Source: Candidatus Woesearchaeota archaeon (GTDB taxonomy: Archaea; Nanobdellota; Nanobdellia; Woesearchaeales; JACQSR01). Taken from it: a stretch of DNA of 64,000 bases. This document shows, one piece after another, positions 36,102 through 45,818 of this stretch. A model generated the notes under the pieces. It saw nothing but the letters and a program-made list of their open reading frames with translations, made no database searches and was not told the DNA's origin. The first letter of the stretch is position 1, and the number at the start of each line of letters is the position of its first letter. Made by a program: the position numbers and the translations under genes. The DNA lies in NCBI GenBank assembly GCA_016211215.1, contig JACQSR010000033.1, positions 4,766-68,765 on the forward strand, read 5' to 3'.

Positions 36102-36632
36102 TTTGTTTTTGCCTTTTATTCTTTTTAGTTTATTGAACTTCGTTCTTGATATACTTGCCCCTACGCGACTTTTCGGACGAAATTTTCCTTCACTTCGTAT
36201 GCAAAAAGAGTTTAACACCGCACGGATATGTTATGCTCAATAAGTTTGGAGCCCTAGAAAATCGAAAGGGGATTTTGATTACTCTACTTTTTCATATACA
36301 AAATCTCCTTTTCTATCTGGATGGTAACCAACTACCACCAAATCTAAATTCGGAAGATTTTGTTTGAAACTTGTTCCAACTCTTTTTAAGAAATCAATTC
36401 TATCTTGACTAGGTTCAAAATAAAGAGTAACGAATAGATTTCTGGATAAATGTCAAAACCTCTTAGATTCTGCATCTTAAGTGTCGCATTCCCCCATTTG
36501 ATAGAGAGTATTCACAAAAACCTTGCTTCGCACCAGGTTGCACCCCCATTTCATTCGTAAACTGGCGGTGAATGTAACAGCGCATACTTTAAACCCAATA
36601 AAAAATCAATTAATTAGCAGAATGTGCAAGAC

Positions 36633-36977
36633 TTATTTTAATTGAGACATGTCAATTTTCATCTTTTTATCATAAGTTGCATAAAGTTCAGCACCTGTTA
36701 AATCAACAAGTTTTCTGATAAGACCGCGTACTTCAGGAGTTAAAAGGTCTGCATCTTGGTGTGTTTGTAACAACAAGGGGGGATCACCTTGAGCATCATA
36801 ACTTACAACAGAAAAATTACTATTTTCTGCACCCAACCAAGACCTAGCGGGAGGCTCGCATTCTTGCTCTTCCATACCTACACCTCTACACAAATCTCCT
36901 ATTTCTTCAAGTTTTTCTTGTTTACATCTATCAAACCAATAGTATCCCATCGTATTGCTCGGAGATATAATCCCCAT
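36633..36977 (-). CDS. hypothetical protein (orphan) in an AT-rich island
   Basis: ORF track only. No family recognised. Confidence 0.35.
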   Translation of the reverse strand: MGIISPSNTMGYYWFDRCKQEKLEEIGDLCRGVGMEEQECEPPARSWLGAENSNFSVVSYDAQGDPPLLLQTHQDADLLTPEVRGLIRKLVDLTGAELYATYDKKMKIDMSQLK

Positions 36978-37097
36978 TATTAATCTTGCCCTTTTACCAA
37001 TTCGCCATTTGCCGACTCTGCTAACACAATTTTTCAGAACCTGTAAAAGACCATAACAAGCAATCGTATATTGGCAAAGAACTCCTTCACAAAAACT

Positions 37098-38174
37098 TCA
37101 CTCAAAAATCTTCCCGATAAAGCTTTTCTTGCCGGATTCCTTCTGGAACTCTTCCAAAAGCTCTTTCTGCCTTCTGCTTAATCTCTCGGGGACTTTTACA
37201 ACAACCTCGACTTTCTCCGAGCCATGCCCTCCATGCAATCCCGGAATGCCTTTTTCCTTCATCCTGAAGATTGTGTTTGACTGTGTGCCTGAAGGTATTT
37301 TCAGCGTGGCCTTTCCTGCAAGTGTTGGAACTTCTATTTCCCCTCCTAACGCGGCAGTTGCAAAGTCTATTGGGACACTAACAATAATGTCGTTTCCTTC
37401 CCGCCTGAAAGTATCATGCGGCTTTTCATGTAGAACCACAAATAAGTCGCCATTTAGGCCCCCTTTTCCGCCAGCCTCCCCTTCGCCCCTTAATCTCAGG
37501 TGCATCCCCTCCTCTGCTCCGGCAGGAATTTCAAACTCAATCTTCCTGCTTTTTCTTACCAGTCCTGTGCCGTCGCATTCAGCGCATTCGTTTTTGATGT
37601 ACTTGCCCTGCCCCTTGCATTTGGAGCATGTAGTTGTAGAGGCAAATATTCCAAAAGGGGTTCTCTGCTCCCTTCTTACAGCACCATGCCCGTTGCACCT
37701 GTCGCACGTTACAACATCCGATTCAGACTCTGCGCCAAGGCCTTTGCATTTTGTGCACTGCTCCAGCCTAGGAACATTTATTGTTTTTGCCGCTCCGGCG
37801 GCAGCCTCTTCCAGGGTCATATCCAAATCATATCGCAGGTCATTTCCCCTTGAAGGCCTTCTCTTCCTGAAACTGCCGCCAAGAAACTCGTCAAAAATGC
37901 CCTCCACATCAAATCCGGCGCCCATGAAGTCGCGGAAATCGAATCCGGAAAAAGGCTCACCTTCCACGTTTCCAGTCTGGTCGTACCTGCGCCTTTTCTC
38001 ATCATCTGCAAGAACCGATGCAGCCTCGTTTATCTCCTTGAACTTCTCAGCTGTGCCATGCTCCTTGTTCAGGTCAGGATGGTACTTCTTTGCCAGCCTT
38101 TTGTAAGCAGTCTTAATCTCCTCTTTTGAAGCATCCTTCCCAACGCCAAGTATCTGATAGTAATCCTTGGCCAT
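37098..38174 (-). CDS. dnaJ: chaperone DnaJ (type I Hsp40)
   Basis: J-domain YYQILGV...HPD, a G/F region, and four CxxCxGxG zinc-finger repeats. Confidence 0.95.
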   Translation of the reverse strand: MAKDYYQILGVGKDASKEEIKTAYKRLAKKYHPDLNKEHGTAEKFKEINEAASVLADDEKRRRYDQTGNVEGEPFSGFDFRDFMGAGFDVEGIFDEFLGGSFRKRRPSRGNDLRYDLDMTLEEAAAGAAKTINVPRLEQCTKCKGLGAESESDVVTCDRCNGHGAVRREQRTPFGIFASTTTCSKCKGQGKYIKNECAECDGTGLVRKSRKIEFEIPAGAEEGMHLRLRGEGEAGGKGGLNGDLFVVLHEKPHDTFRREGNDIIVSVPIDFATAALGGEIEVPTLAGKATLKIPSGTQSNTIFRMKEKGIPGLHGGHGSEKVEVVVKVPERLSRRQKELLEEFQKESGKKSFIGKIFE

Positions 38175-38175
38175 C

Positions 38176-40044
38176 TTACTTCTTCTTTTTCCCTTTCTTT
38201 TCTTCGTCTACCTTGTATTCGGCATCAACCACATTTTCCCCTTCCTGTTCTTCCTCTGCTCCCTTGTCTTGCTTGGATGCTGAAGCATTCTGGTACAATT
38301 CCGTTGAAAGCTTTTGAACCGCTTCATTCACTTCATCCAGCTTTTTCTTCACCGCAGATACATCCTTTTTCTCCGGCTTAAGCAGCTCCTCAAGCTCCAT
38401 AATCATCCCCTTTACAGTTTCCAGGCCTTTTTTGTCCACCTTCCCCTCAAACTCCTTGAAAAGATTCTTTGTGGAATAAACAAGCGTGTCCGCATTGTTT
38501 ATTACCTCAATCTCTTCCTTTCTTTTTTTGTCTTCCTCGGCATGCTCTTCGGCCTCGCGCTGCATCTTCTTCACTTCCTCTTCGCTTAGCTTCTGGGTTG
38601 CGGTTATCTTTATTGACTGCTCCTTTCCGGTGCCAAGGTCTTTTGCACCCACATGCACAATTCCATTTGCGTCAATGTCAAAGGTAACCTCAATCTGCGG
38701 AATTCCCCTGGGCGCAGGAGGTATTCCTATTAAGTCGAATCTTCCAAGGCTTTTGTTGTCTGCTGCCATTGGACGCTCGCCCTGAAGCACATTAATGGTA
38801 ACTGCCATCTGGTTGTCTGCTGCTGTGCTGAATATCTGGCTCTTTTTTGTTGGTATTGTTGTATTTCTCTGTATTAGGGAAGTTGCCACCCCCCCCAAGG
38901 TTTCTATGCCCAATGTAAGCGGCGTTACGTCAAGCAGCAGTATGTCCTTAATCTCGCCGGCAAGCACTCCCGCCTGAATTGCCGCGCCCTGCGCAACGCA
39001 TTCCATCGGGTCCACGCCGCGCTCAGCCTTCTTTCCAATGTAATCCTCAACAAATTTCCTCACAATGGGCATTCTTGTTGGGCCCCCAACTAAAATTACC
39101 TTGCCAAGCTCCTGCGGCGTAAGCTTCGCGTCTTTTATTGCCTGCTCCAATGGGCCCCTGCATCTCTTTACTATGGGCTCCACAAGCGAATCAAGCTTGC
39201 TCCTCGTCAGCTTCAATGCAAGGTGCTTTGGGCCTTCATCAGTTGCAGTTATGAAAGGCAGGTTTATGTCAGTCTCCATCGTGGTGGAAAGCTCTATCTT
39301 CGCCTTTTCGGATGCCTCCTTTATGCGCTGCATGGCCATTGCATCCTTTTTCAGCTCAATTCCCTCCTTTGCCTTGAATTCCCTGGCAATGAAATCCACT
39401 ATGGCAGCATCCATGTCTGTCCCGCCAAGCTGCGTGTCTCCTGAAGTTGACTTGACTTCAAAGACTCCTTCTCCAAACTCCATTATGGTGCAGTCCAGTG
39501 TTCCGCCTCCAAGGTCAAACACCAGTATTTTTATGTCCTGGTCGGACTTGTCAAGGCCGTATGCAAGCGAAGCTGCTGTTGGCTCGTTGATTATCCTTAC
39601 AACGTCCAGGCCTGCAATTGTTCCTGCATCCTTTGTTGCCTGCCTCTGGTTGTCATCAAAATATGCAGGCACCGTAACAACAGCCTTCGTTACAGGCTCG
39701 CCGATAAACTCTTCCGCATCCTTCTTTATCTTCTGAAGTATGAATGCAGAAATCTGCTGCGGGGTAAATTCCTTGCCGTTTATCTTGTAGACATGCGAAG
39801 TCCCCATCTTTCTTTTTGCAGCGGAAATCGTTCTTTCAGGATTTGAAACTGCCTGCCTTCTTGCCGGCTCTCCCACAAGCATGGCATCATCTTTTGTAAA
39901 TGCGACCACGCTTGGAAATGCCTTTCCGTACTGCGTAACTCCTTCAGCGCTCGGGATAATTACCGGCTTTCCCGCCTGAAGCACCGATGCAGCCGAGTTT
40001 GAAGTTCCCAAATCAATTCCGATTATTTTTTCTTTCTTTGCCAT
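38176..40044 (-). CDS. dnaK: chaperone DnaK (Hsp70)
   Basis: [18 protein letters not shown] and [11 protein letters not shown]. Start trimmed to [13 protein letters not shown], which has a GGTGA Shine-Dalgarno sequence 5-9 nt upstream. The ORF-track N-extension to 40164 overlaps the upstream gene. Confidence 0.95.
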   Translation of the reverse strand: MAKKEKIIGIDLGTSNSAASVLQAGKPVIIPSAEGVTQYGKAFPSVVAFTKDDAMLVGEPARRQAVSNPERTISAAKRKMGTSHVYKINGKEFTPQQISAFILQKIKKDAEEFIGEPVTKAVVTVPAYFDDNQRQATKDAGTIAGLDVVRIINEPTAASLAYGLDKSDQDIKILVFDLGGGTLDCTIMEFGEGVFEVKSTSGDTQLGGTDMDAAIVDFIAREFKAKEGIELKKDAMAMQRIKEASEKAKIELSTTMETDINLPFITATDEGPKHLALKLTRSKLDSLVEPIVKRCRGPLEQAIKDAKLTPQELGKVILVGGPTRMPIVRKFVEDYIGKKAERGVDPMECVAQGAAIQAGVLAGEIKDILLLDVTPLTLGIETLGGVATSLIQRNTTIPTKKSQIFSTAADNQMAVTINVLQGERPMAADNKSLGRFDLIGIPPAPRGIPQIEVTFDIDANGIVHVGAKDLGTGKEQSIKITATQKLSEEEVKKMQREAEEHAEEDKKRKEEIEVINNADTLVYSTKNLFKEFEGKVDKKGLETVKGMIMELEELLKPEKKDVSAVKKKLDEVNEAVQKLSTELYQNASASKQDKGAEEEQEGENVVDAEYKVDEEKKGKKKK

Positions 40045-40054
40045 GTTTGTCACC

Positions 40055-40399
40055 TCACCCGAAATATGAGGGTGTCTCTGTCTTTGCCTCTTCGACCTTG
40101 CTCGCGGATTTTTCAAAATGTTTAACCTGCTTTGGTTTCTCAATCTTGCCGTATTCTTTCTCATACTTCTTGATTATGTCGCCCATCAGCTGGCAGATTT
40201 TCTTTGCATGATACGGGTCAACCAGGATTACATTATGCTTCAGGTTTATCGAAGCCTTTGTCTTTGACCTTGGGTCCACCCTTGGAGTGATGCACTTGAA
40301 GTCAAAAACAAACTGCAATGGATTAAAGTTTATCGACATCTCGTGCGCGAAAAAAGCGTCCCCTTCCACAATGTTCATGTTCACCCTTTCATCTGTCAT
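40055..40399 (-). CDS. small protein (DUF3467-like) inside the hsp70 operon
   Basis: 114 aa. The [18 protein letters not shown] pattern recalls DUF3467. ATGA overlap with the upstream gene, and the stop lies 10 nt before the dnaK ATG. Confidence 0.5.
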   Translation of the reverse strand: MTDERVNMNIVEGDAFFAHEMSINFNPLQFVFDFKCITPRVDPRSKTKASINLKHNVILVDPYHAKKICQLMGDIIKKYEKEYGKIEKPKQVKHFEKSASKVEEAKTETPSYFG

Positions 40400-40707
40400 T
40401 CTTGCACACCCCCTTTTGATAATGCCTCCCTTCTAAGCTCTTCGACGCGCTCGTGCGTCAGCACCTGCTGCTCCCTTTTTCTTGGCAGGATTTCAACCAC
40501 CTCAAGCAGCTTTGTCAGCTTGTTGAGCTGGAACTTGTCGTACTGCTTGATGCTGCCCAGCGCTTCGTAAATGCTGTACCCGTCTGTAACCAAATCGACC
40601 TCGGCGCTCTTGCACATTATCAGTGTGTCCGTCTTGTCGTCGTCCGATATCAGGAATTTCAGTATGGTCTGGGGCGACACAAACAGCTTCTTCCTCATTT
40701 CATCCAT
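40396..40707 (-). CDS. hypothetical protein inside the hsp70 operon
   Basis: 103 aa. Tightly packed between flanking operon genes. No family recognised. Confidence 0.5.
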   Translation of the reverse strand: MDEMRKKLFVSPQTILKFLISDDDKTDTLIMCKSAEVDLVTDGYSIYEALGSIKQYDKFQLNKLTKLLEVVEILPRKREQQVLTHERVEELRREALSKGGVQE

Positions 40708-40709
40708 TT

Positions 40710-41156
40710 TTACCTCTCCAGCATCTTCCCGCCTGTTTTTGCGTAAATTTCATATTGCTCCCTTGATATCCTGCTTCCGTTGTCGACAAGGCAGTTCTCC
40801 ACGAACCATGCCATAATCTCATCGCCATACTCCTTGCACCCCATTGAAATTCTGCACTGCATGGGCTTTGCATCATGAATTTTGCACACGCCCTCGCGGA
40901 AAAATATGCACTTCCCGTACGGCTTGCCTTCCCTTAGCACCTTCGGCTTCAGGAAGGTTCTCCCAAACTGCTCTGTGCTTTCCAGATATTTTTCCTCAAG
41001 CTCCTTTTCCCCCATCTTCAGTAGTTTTGAAAGTTTTTTAATATCACTTCCTATGAGTATGCCGCTTCCGTAACTGCATCCATGTCTGCATGCATCACAG
41101 CTGCAATCACGCGCTAATTTCCTTACCTCCTCAAGCTTCATCCCGCTTTTTATCAT
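40710..41156 (-). CDS. YkgJ-type putative zinc/iron-chelating cysteine-cluster protein inside the hsp70 operon
   Basis: CSCDACRHGCS plus GKCIFFREGVCKIHDAKPMQCR, matching the CxxCxxCC-domain pattern. Start trimmed to the ATG at 41156, which overlaps the grpE TGA (ATGA). Confidence 0.6.
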   Translation of the reverse strand: MIKSGMKLEEVRKLARDCSCDACRHGCSYGSGILIGSDIKKLSKLLKMGEKELEEKYLESTEQFGRTFLKPKVLREGKPYGKCIFFREGVCKIHDAKPMQCRISMGCKEYGDEIMAWFVENCLVDNGSRISREQYEIYAKTGGKMLER

Positions 41157-41626
41157 TTCTTGCAGACCTTTACCTTGCTTGTCCTTATTACTGCATCTCC
41201 AACTCTGTATCCCTTCTGAAGCTCGCCAATAATTGTGTCTTCCTCTTTGTCGCACATTTCATGGAGCATGACCTCGTGGAGGAATGGGTCCAATTTCTTC
41301 CCCACGCTTTCTATTTCAGCAAGACCCTCTTTCTGAAGTACGGACTTAAATTCGCTGAAAATCATCTCAACCCCTTTAACGAAATTTTCGCTTTCCCTGC
41401 TTTGAAGCGCAAGCTCCATCTGGTCAAGTATGGGCAATAATCCCCTTATGAGCCCTATTTTGCCCCTCCTTTCATCATCCGCCTTTTTGCTTTCAACCCA
41501 TTTCCTGTAATTCTCAAAATCTGCCTGAAGGCGCTGCAGTGAGTCAGTAAGCTCTTTTATGCCCCGCTCTTCTTTTGCACTCTGCTCTGACTCCCTTTTT
41601 TCCTGTCCGACAATTTTTTTGCCCAT
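41153..41626 (-). CDS. grpE: nucleotide exchange factor GrpE
   Basis: LQADFENYRK, LLPILDQMELAL, the FDPFLHEV-type block (LDPFLHEVM) and the RTSKVKV C-terminus. Confidence 0.9.
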   Translation of the reverse strand: MGKKIVGQEKRESEQSAKEERGIKELTDSLQRLQADFENYRKWVESKKADDERRGKIGLIRGLLPILDQMELALQSRESENFVKGVEMIFSEFKSVLQKEGLAEIESVGKKLDPFLHEVMLHEMCDKEEDTIIGELQKGYRVGDAVIRTSKVKVCKK

Positions 41627-41772
41627 CTTGTTACGTTGACCTTAGCTCAACAGAACAATGGGTTAGATAAACAAGTATATAAACCTTTCGGGAAAGTTTT
41701 AAATACCTATCCCAAAAATAGGCTATTATGATTGTACAAAGGCGCATAACCATAGTCCAGATAAGAAAGCCA

Positions 41773-42129
41773 ATGGACAGCAATGTAAATCACCAGCTTC
41801 AATGGCTGGGGAGCTCCCTTGGTCTTTTCAGCCTTCGCGATAAAGACAAGAGCTGTTTCAGGATTTTCATAGAGCTTGTCAAGGCTTCCAAGAAAGGCAT
41901 TCCCATTTCCAGCGATGAAATTTCTGACAGGTCTAATTTGACCCGCGGCACAGTCGTGCACCACCTTAACAAGCTGATGGACGCCGGCATGGTCATGAGG
42001 CAGCGCAACGGCTATATTCTCCGGGACTCTGAGCTTTCCTCTTTGGTGGAGCAGATTGAGCACGACTGCTTGCGAATGTGCGAATCCCTCAAAGGCATCG
42101 CAAAGGATATTGACAAAAGCCTGTCATGA
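41773..42129 (+). CDS. winged-helix (ArsR-like) transcriptional regulator divergent from grpE
   Basis: ISSDEISDRSNLTRGTVVHHLNKLMDAGMV helix-turn-helix. Start trimmed to MDSNVNH. Candidate regulator of the hsp70 locus by position only. Confidence 0.55.
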   Translation: MDSNVNHQLQWLGSSLGLFSLRDKDKSCFRIFIELVKASKKGIPISSDEISDRSNLTRGTVVHHLNKLMDAGMVMRQRNGYILRDSELSSLVEQIEHDCLRMCESLKGIAKDIDKSLS

Positions 42130-42196
42130 GCTGCAATACGCCTATTTTGGTGAAAAAGCTACAACCAATCCCGGATGTTAAGAGGAACGTATTTTC

Positions 42197-43216
42197 TTAA
42201 GGATGTCGATTTTTTTCTTTCAAGCAAACGCTTTGAGTGAACCACTCTAATTTATGTTGAAAAAGCACATATTCAAAAGAATATTCTAGAATTTGTTCCC
42301 TGAACAGAGATACTAATTTATTCTCAAAGGTAATGAATTCTTTATGAGATTTTAAATGAATAAACGTCATAATTTCCTGCGCCGATGAGAGGATAGTATT
42401 GCATCTTTTTGTATCCGAGAAAAATTTGATAAGGTTTGCTCTTTGTGTGGGTCTTGATAGCTTTAATCTTACAAAATATGGTTCCAAACCCAAAGAAAAA
42501 GGGTCTATTGTTGTTTGGAACTTTGCAATTATACCTGAAGAAAAAAGCCGTTTTGTTCTGTAATAAATCATTTCTCTTGAGATGCCTAACTTCTTCGCTA
42601 TCTCAACCTTATTCGTACGAAAATTTTCAGATAATATGCGGAGGATTTTTACATCATGTTCATCTGCGTTGTACTCTCCGTCTTCTTGATTGATCCTGCT
42701 ATACGCTGTTTTAGGAAACAGTTCCCCAATATAATCAATCGGCGGGAATAGTATATTAACAGTAGAAATATAAAAATCTCTTGGAATTACTAAAGTGAGA
42801 ATATCTTCGCAAATCCTGTCCTGTTCCTCATCTTCCCTGTAATAGAATGCTACAAGAGTGTCGTATTTTCCTGTAAGTTCGAGAATAGAGAATACTGCTG
42901 GATGTCTGGATATCCTTTCCAGGAGTTGATGCTTTTCCTCTCGGAGATTTTGTGTGTGGAGAAGCAAGAAAGCAGTATTGATTCCTAATTTCGAAACGTC
43001 TATAAACGCATTATAACCGACAATAACCCCTTTTTCTTCAAGTAATGTAACTCTTCTTGCAACATTACTTCTTGATAAGCCAATTTGTTTCCCGAACTGC
43101 GAATACGATAGTGAGCCATTTGCTAGCAATAAAGAAATAAGTTTTTTATCCTTTACATCTAACCTTACTATGTCTCTGGGATAAAACTCTCCAATTGGCC
43201 TGTTTAGGCTAGCCAT
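42197..43216 (-). CDS. tandem (duplicated) Lrp/AsnC-family transcriptional regulator
   Basis: Two HTH_AsnC-like modules: LDVKDKKLISLLLANGSLSYSQFGKQIGLSRSNVARRVTLLEEKGVIVGY and DEHDVKILRILSENFRTNKVEIAKKLGISREMIYYRTKRLFSSGII. Each is followed by a RAM-like region. Confidence 0.7.
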   Translation of the reverse strand: MASLNRPIGEFYPRDIVRLDVKDKKLISLLLANGSLSYSQFGKQIGLSRSNVARRVTLLEEKGVIVGYNAFIDVSKLGINTAFLLLHTQNLREEKHQLLERISRHPAVFSILELTGKYDTLVAFYYREDEEQDRICEDILTLVIPRDFYISTVNILFPPIDYIGELFPKTAYSRINQEDGEYNADEHDVKILRILSENFRTNKVEIAKKLGISREMIYYRTKRLFSSGIIAKFQTTIDPFSLGLEPYFVRLKLSRPTQRANLIKFFSDTKRCNTILSSAQEIMTFIHLKSHKEFITFENKLVSLFREQILEYSFEYVLFQHKLEWFTQSVCLKEKNRHP

Positions 43217-43312
43217 TCATTCAAGAATGTAAGATTAATTTATAAATTTTACCATTTTGTTTCAAAATTAGCTCTACCCATCTTATAAAGGCAAGAAGCT
43301 TCCTAACCTACT

Positions 43313-44275
43313 ATGGCAAGTGGTTTTGGTTCATCATATGTAGTACGGGCAGCAGAGGGAAAGAGAGATCCCCTTATCATGAGTATTGAAATTAATAACA
43401 GATGCAACCTCTCCTGTCCTGATTGTTTCATATCTCCTGAGTTTGGCCATCCAACAGGGGAAATGCCGCTTGAGACGTTAAGACAGAAAATTGAAAAACT
43501 CAAAGAACATTATGTTTCTCGAAGCATAATCGTAGCATTTGCCGGAAAAGAGCCTCTCTTTAATCCTGAACGATTAGAGTATGCATACTCCGTTCTTTCT
43601 TACCTAGGCGGTTTTTCTGAGGTTGCTTTGGTAACAAATGGAAACGCAGAGTTAGTTACGCGCAACCTCCCGATACTCGAACAAATGAATGGCATTGATG
43701 TTTCTTTAAACGGGGGTACAGAAGAAGACAATGCACTTACCAGAGGAGCAGGTTCATTTAGCGATGCCATACAAGGAATAAAGGCATTAAAGGAGCGGGG
43801 GTTAGATGTAGGGATAAGTTACCTCATCTTGCCTAATAATGCATCTGCGATTCCTTCTTTTTATAAGGCAATAGACGCCACCGGGGTGCAGCGAGTTTCT
43901 TATTCTTTGGTTAGAGACAACTCTGGAAGAATACAATTTACTGATAATCAAGCAAGCGATCTGCTTGCACGAGCTGTCGAGCAGACTCCCCCAGATGTGC
44001 GCGTGCTTATTGAATCGGCAAAACCTGCGCATATATTATCATTAGTTCAAAGACTCCATGGTGCATATCAAAGCCCTGAAAGAGATGGACGCTATATGCT
44101 TCCAAAGATTGTTGGAACTCAATGGGATATAGTTGCACTAACACCAGAAACTGGACCACAGCACATGCGATTGCTTTCTGATGGGCACCTCATACAAAAA
44201 GCTGGCACTAGTGTTTTTGAAAGAGTTTCCATGAATGAGGCACTTGATGAGAAGGTCCAGAAACCAATTTTATAG
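43313..44275 (+). CDS. radical SAM protein of unknown function
   Basis: CNLSCPDC is the CxxxCxxC motif. It is followed by a GKEPL (GGEPL-like) block. No C-terminal SPASM cysteines. A TATA TCTTATAAAGG lies about 25 nt upstream of the ATG. Confidence 0.75.
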   Translation: MASGFGSSYVVRAAEGKRDPLIMSIEINNRCNLSCPDCFISPEFGHPTGEMPLETLRQKIEKLKEHYVSRSIIVAFAGKEPLFNPERLEYAYSVLSYLGGFSEVALVTNGNAELVTRNLPILEQMNGIDVSLNGGTEEDNALTRGAGSFSDAIQGIKALKERGLDVGISYLILPNNASAIPSFYKAIDATGVQRVSYSLVRDNSGRIQFTDNQASDLLARAVEQTPPDVRVLIESAKPAHILSLVQRLHGAYQSPERDGRYMLPKIVGTQWDIVALTPETGPQHMRLLSDGHLIQKAGTSVFERVSMNEALDEKVQKPIL

Positions 44276-44377
44276 TAAAATTACGAGCGACCAGTCATAG
44301 AGGAGGTGCATGCTCACTCCATTCGGGTTGCCGGGTATTATCATAAACTATTTAAATCACCATCTTTGAAGTTCCCC

Positions 44378-45196
44378 ATGGTCTTCGAATTTCTGATAAG
44401 CCCCAGGAAAGCCGAGAGAAGGCCCTGGGAGATGTTCTTCATAGGCGCTGTTTATTCCTCGCTTGCAGTATTCCTTGCCTACTGGATTTTCAAGGATTAC
44501 TCTTCCGTCGTTATGGTATTTCTTACTGTGTTGGCATGCATCCAGTTCATACACGGCGCAATTTCCCTTGAGGAAGACAAGGACAAGCAGAATGTGGGAG
44601 AGAGATTTCTTCTGAAGTCACACGGAAGAGCACTGAGCTATTTCATGTTCCTGTTCCTTGGCTTTACAGTTGCATTTGCAGCATGGAAGATTATATTGCC
44701 GAGTGACATGTCATCAACACTGTTTTTGGCGCAGGACAGCACCATACAATCAATCAACGCAAAGTTCACCGGCAACGCAATTTCTTCCGCAAAGGCGTTC
44801 ATGGTAATCCTGATGAACAATATAAGGGTGCTTTTCTTTGCATTGTTGTTCTCATTTTTTTACGGCGCCGGCGCAATCTTTATCCTGGCATGGAACGCCT
44901 CGGTAATAGGCGCTGCCATGGCTGGCCTTATGACATCCGTCATTGAAGGGGGCATTTTTTCCGCTTTCTCGCTTGCGTTCCTGCGCTACTTCACGCACGG
45001 CATACCGGAAATACTTGCATATTTTACGGCAGCATTGGCAGGAGGCATAATATCCATAGCCATAATCAAGCACGACTACAGGAGCAAAAGATTCAAGGAG
45101 ATACTTGTTGATTCCTTTGATTTGATAATCCTCTCGGTAGCCATTCTGGTAGTTGCAGCCCTGATAGAGGTATACTTAACTCCAATTCTTTTCTAG
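44378..45196 (+). CDS. SpoIIM-like (DUF95) integral membrane protein
   Basis: Multiple transmembrane helices, the WNASVIG block and HGIPEILAY. Start trimmed to MVFEFL, 25 nt downstream of the TATA ACTATTTAAATC. Confidence 0.65.
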   Translation: MVFEFLISPRKAERRPWEMFFIGAVYSSLAVFLAYWIFKDYSSVVMVFLTVLACIQFIHGAISLEEDKDKQNVGERFLLKSHGRALSYFMFLFLGFTVAFAAWKIILPSDMSSTLFLAQDSTIQSINAKFTGNAISSAKAFMVILMNNIRVLFFALLFSFFYGAGAIFILAWNASVIGAAMAGLMTSVIEGGIFSAFSLAFLRYFTHGIPEILAYFTAALAGGIISIAIIKHDYRSKRFKEILVDSFDLIILSVAILVVAALIEVYLTPILF

Positions 45197-45669
45197 GTCA
45201 ATCCACGCTCTGCGCGCCCCTTCTGGGAGATTATTCCGGCATAAACCCTGTCGTTCTGTATGGCCGGATGTCCCCTGTCAAGGAGTATTATCTCGTACCA
45301 CGCATGCTTGCCGTCCTGAAGCACAAGGTAGCTGTTGTAGACTTCGCAGTTTGGGAATTTTTTTGCAGCACGCTCCTCTGCAACCCACTGGTAGCTTTTT
45401 CCAATAACCTTTATCCTTCCAAAGCGCTTGGGCTTTCTTCCCTTCCGGTGTATTTCCTTGGTTCTTCCGCCCCTTGCCACCCTCTGGCGCACCATTATGA
45501 CCCCGGGCTTTGCCCTGTATCCTAATGACCTTGCCCTGTCCAGCCTTGTCGGCCTTTCTATCCTTATGGTGGAAGGCTCATCTCTCCATTCTATTAGCCT
45601 GCTCTTGATTGTTTCAGAATTCTGCGCTGGCGACTTCCAGATATCCCTTATGTATTTGTACATTCCCAT
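45193..45669 (-). CDS. rpl15e: 50S ribosomal protein L15e
   Basis: MGMYKYIRDIWKSP start and the ARSLGYRAKPG and RGGR blocks. The ORF-track N-extension to 45786 was rejected. Confidence 0.9.
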   Translation of the reverse strand: MGMYKYIRDIWKSPAQNSETIKSRLIEWRDEPSTIRIERPTRLDRARSLGYRAKPGVIMVRQRVARGGRTKEIHRKGRKPKRFGRIKVIGKSYQWVAEERAAKKFPNCEVYNSYLVLQDGKHAWYEIILLDRGHPAIQNDRVYAGIISQKGRAERGLT

Positions 45670-45818
45670 TTTAGCCTCCATTATTTGCTTTAGTCTCTTC
45701 AGGCAAGCCACGCCCACATTGAGATATGCTCTGGAGAAACTCTTCTTTTTTAAAGATTTGGGAATAGAAGGATAAGAGCCCTGCAATCTTTATAAATCAA
45801 TCTCCACCCCCCTCCAAG

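Noticed and set aside
36146-36367. A 73-aa plus-strand ORF in the AT-rich island, and a start-less minus-strand ORF remnant around 36290..36440.
   Set aside because: The plus-strand ORF starts at TTG with no promoter context and has a hydrophobic, low-complexity sequence. The minus-strand frame has no start codon. At best these are pseudogene debris.
37129-38106. Long antisense ORFs in the six-frame track: 325 aa opposite dnaJ; 223 aa at 39065..39736 opposite dnaK; 245 aa at 31896..32633 opposite valS; 164 aa at 3233..3727 opposite gltX; 169 aa at 16664..17173 opposite the dehydrogenase.
   Set aside because: Each lies antisense to a gene with unmistakable conserved motifs. Each has a low-complexity Ser/Pro/Leu-rich composition typical of shadow ORFs, and none has its own TATA box or start context.
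40045-40164. N-terminal extensions suggested by the ORF track: DnaK to 40164, L15e to 45786, GluRS from 2085, Nop5 from 7077, SufS to 13964, SufU to 12823, ValRS to 33406.
   Set aside because: The extensions overlap the preceding gene or lack homology. Conserved protein N-termini begin at internal ATGs that abut the upstream stop codon or sit at leaderless distance from a TATA box.
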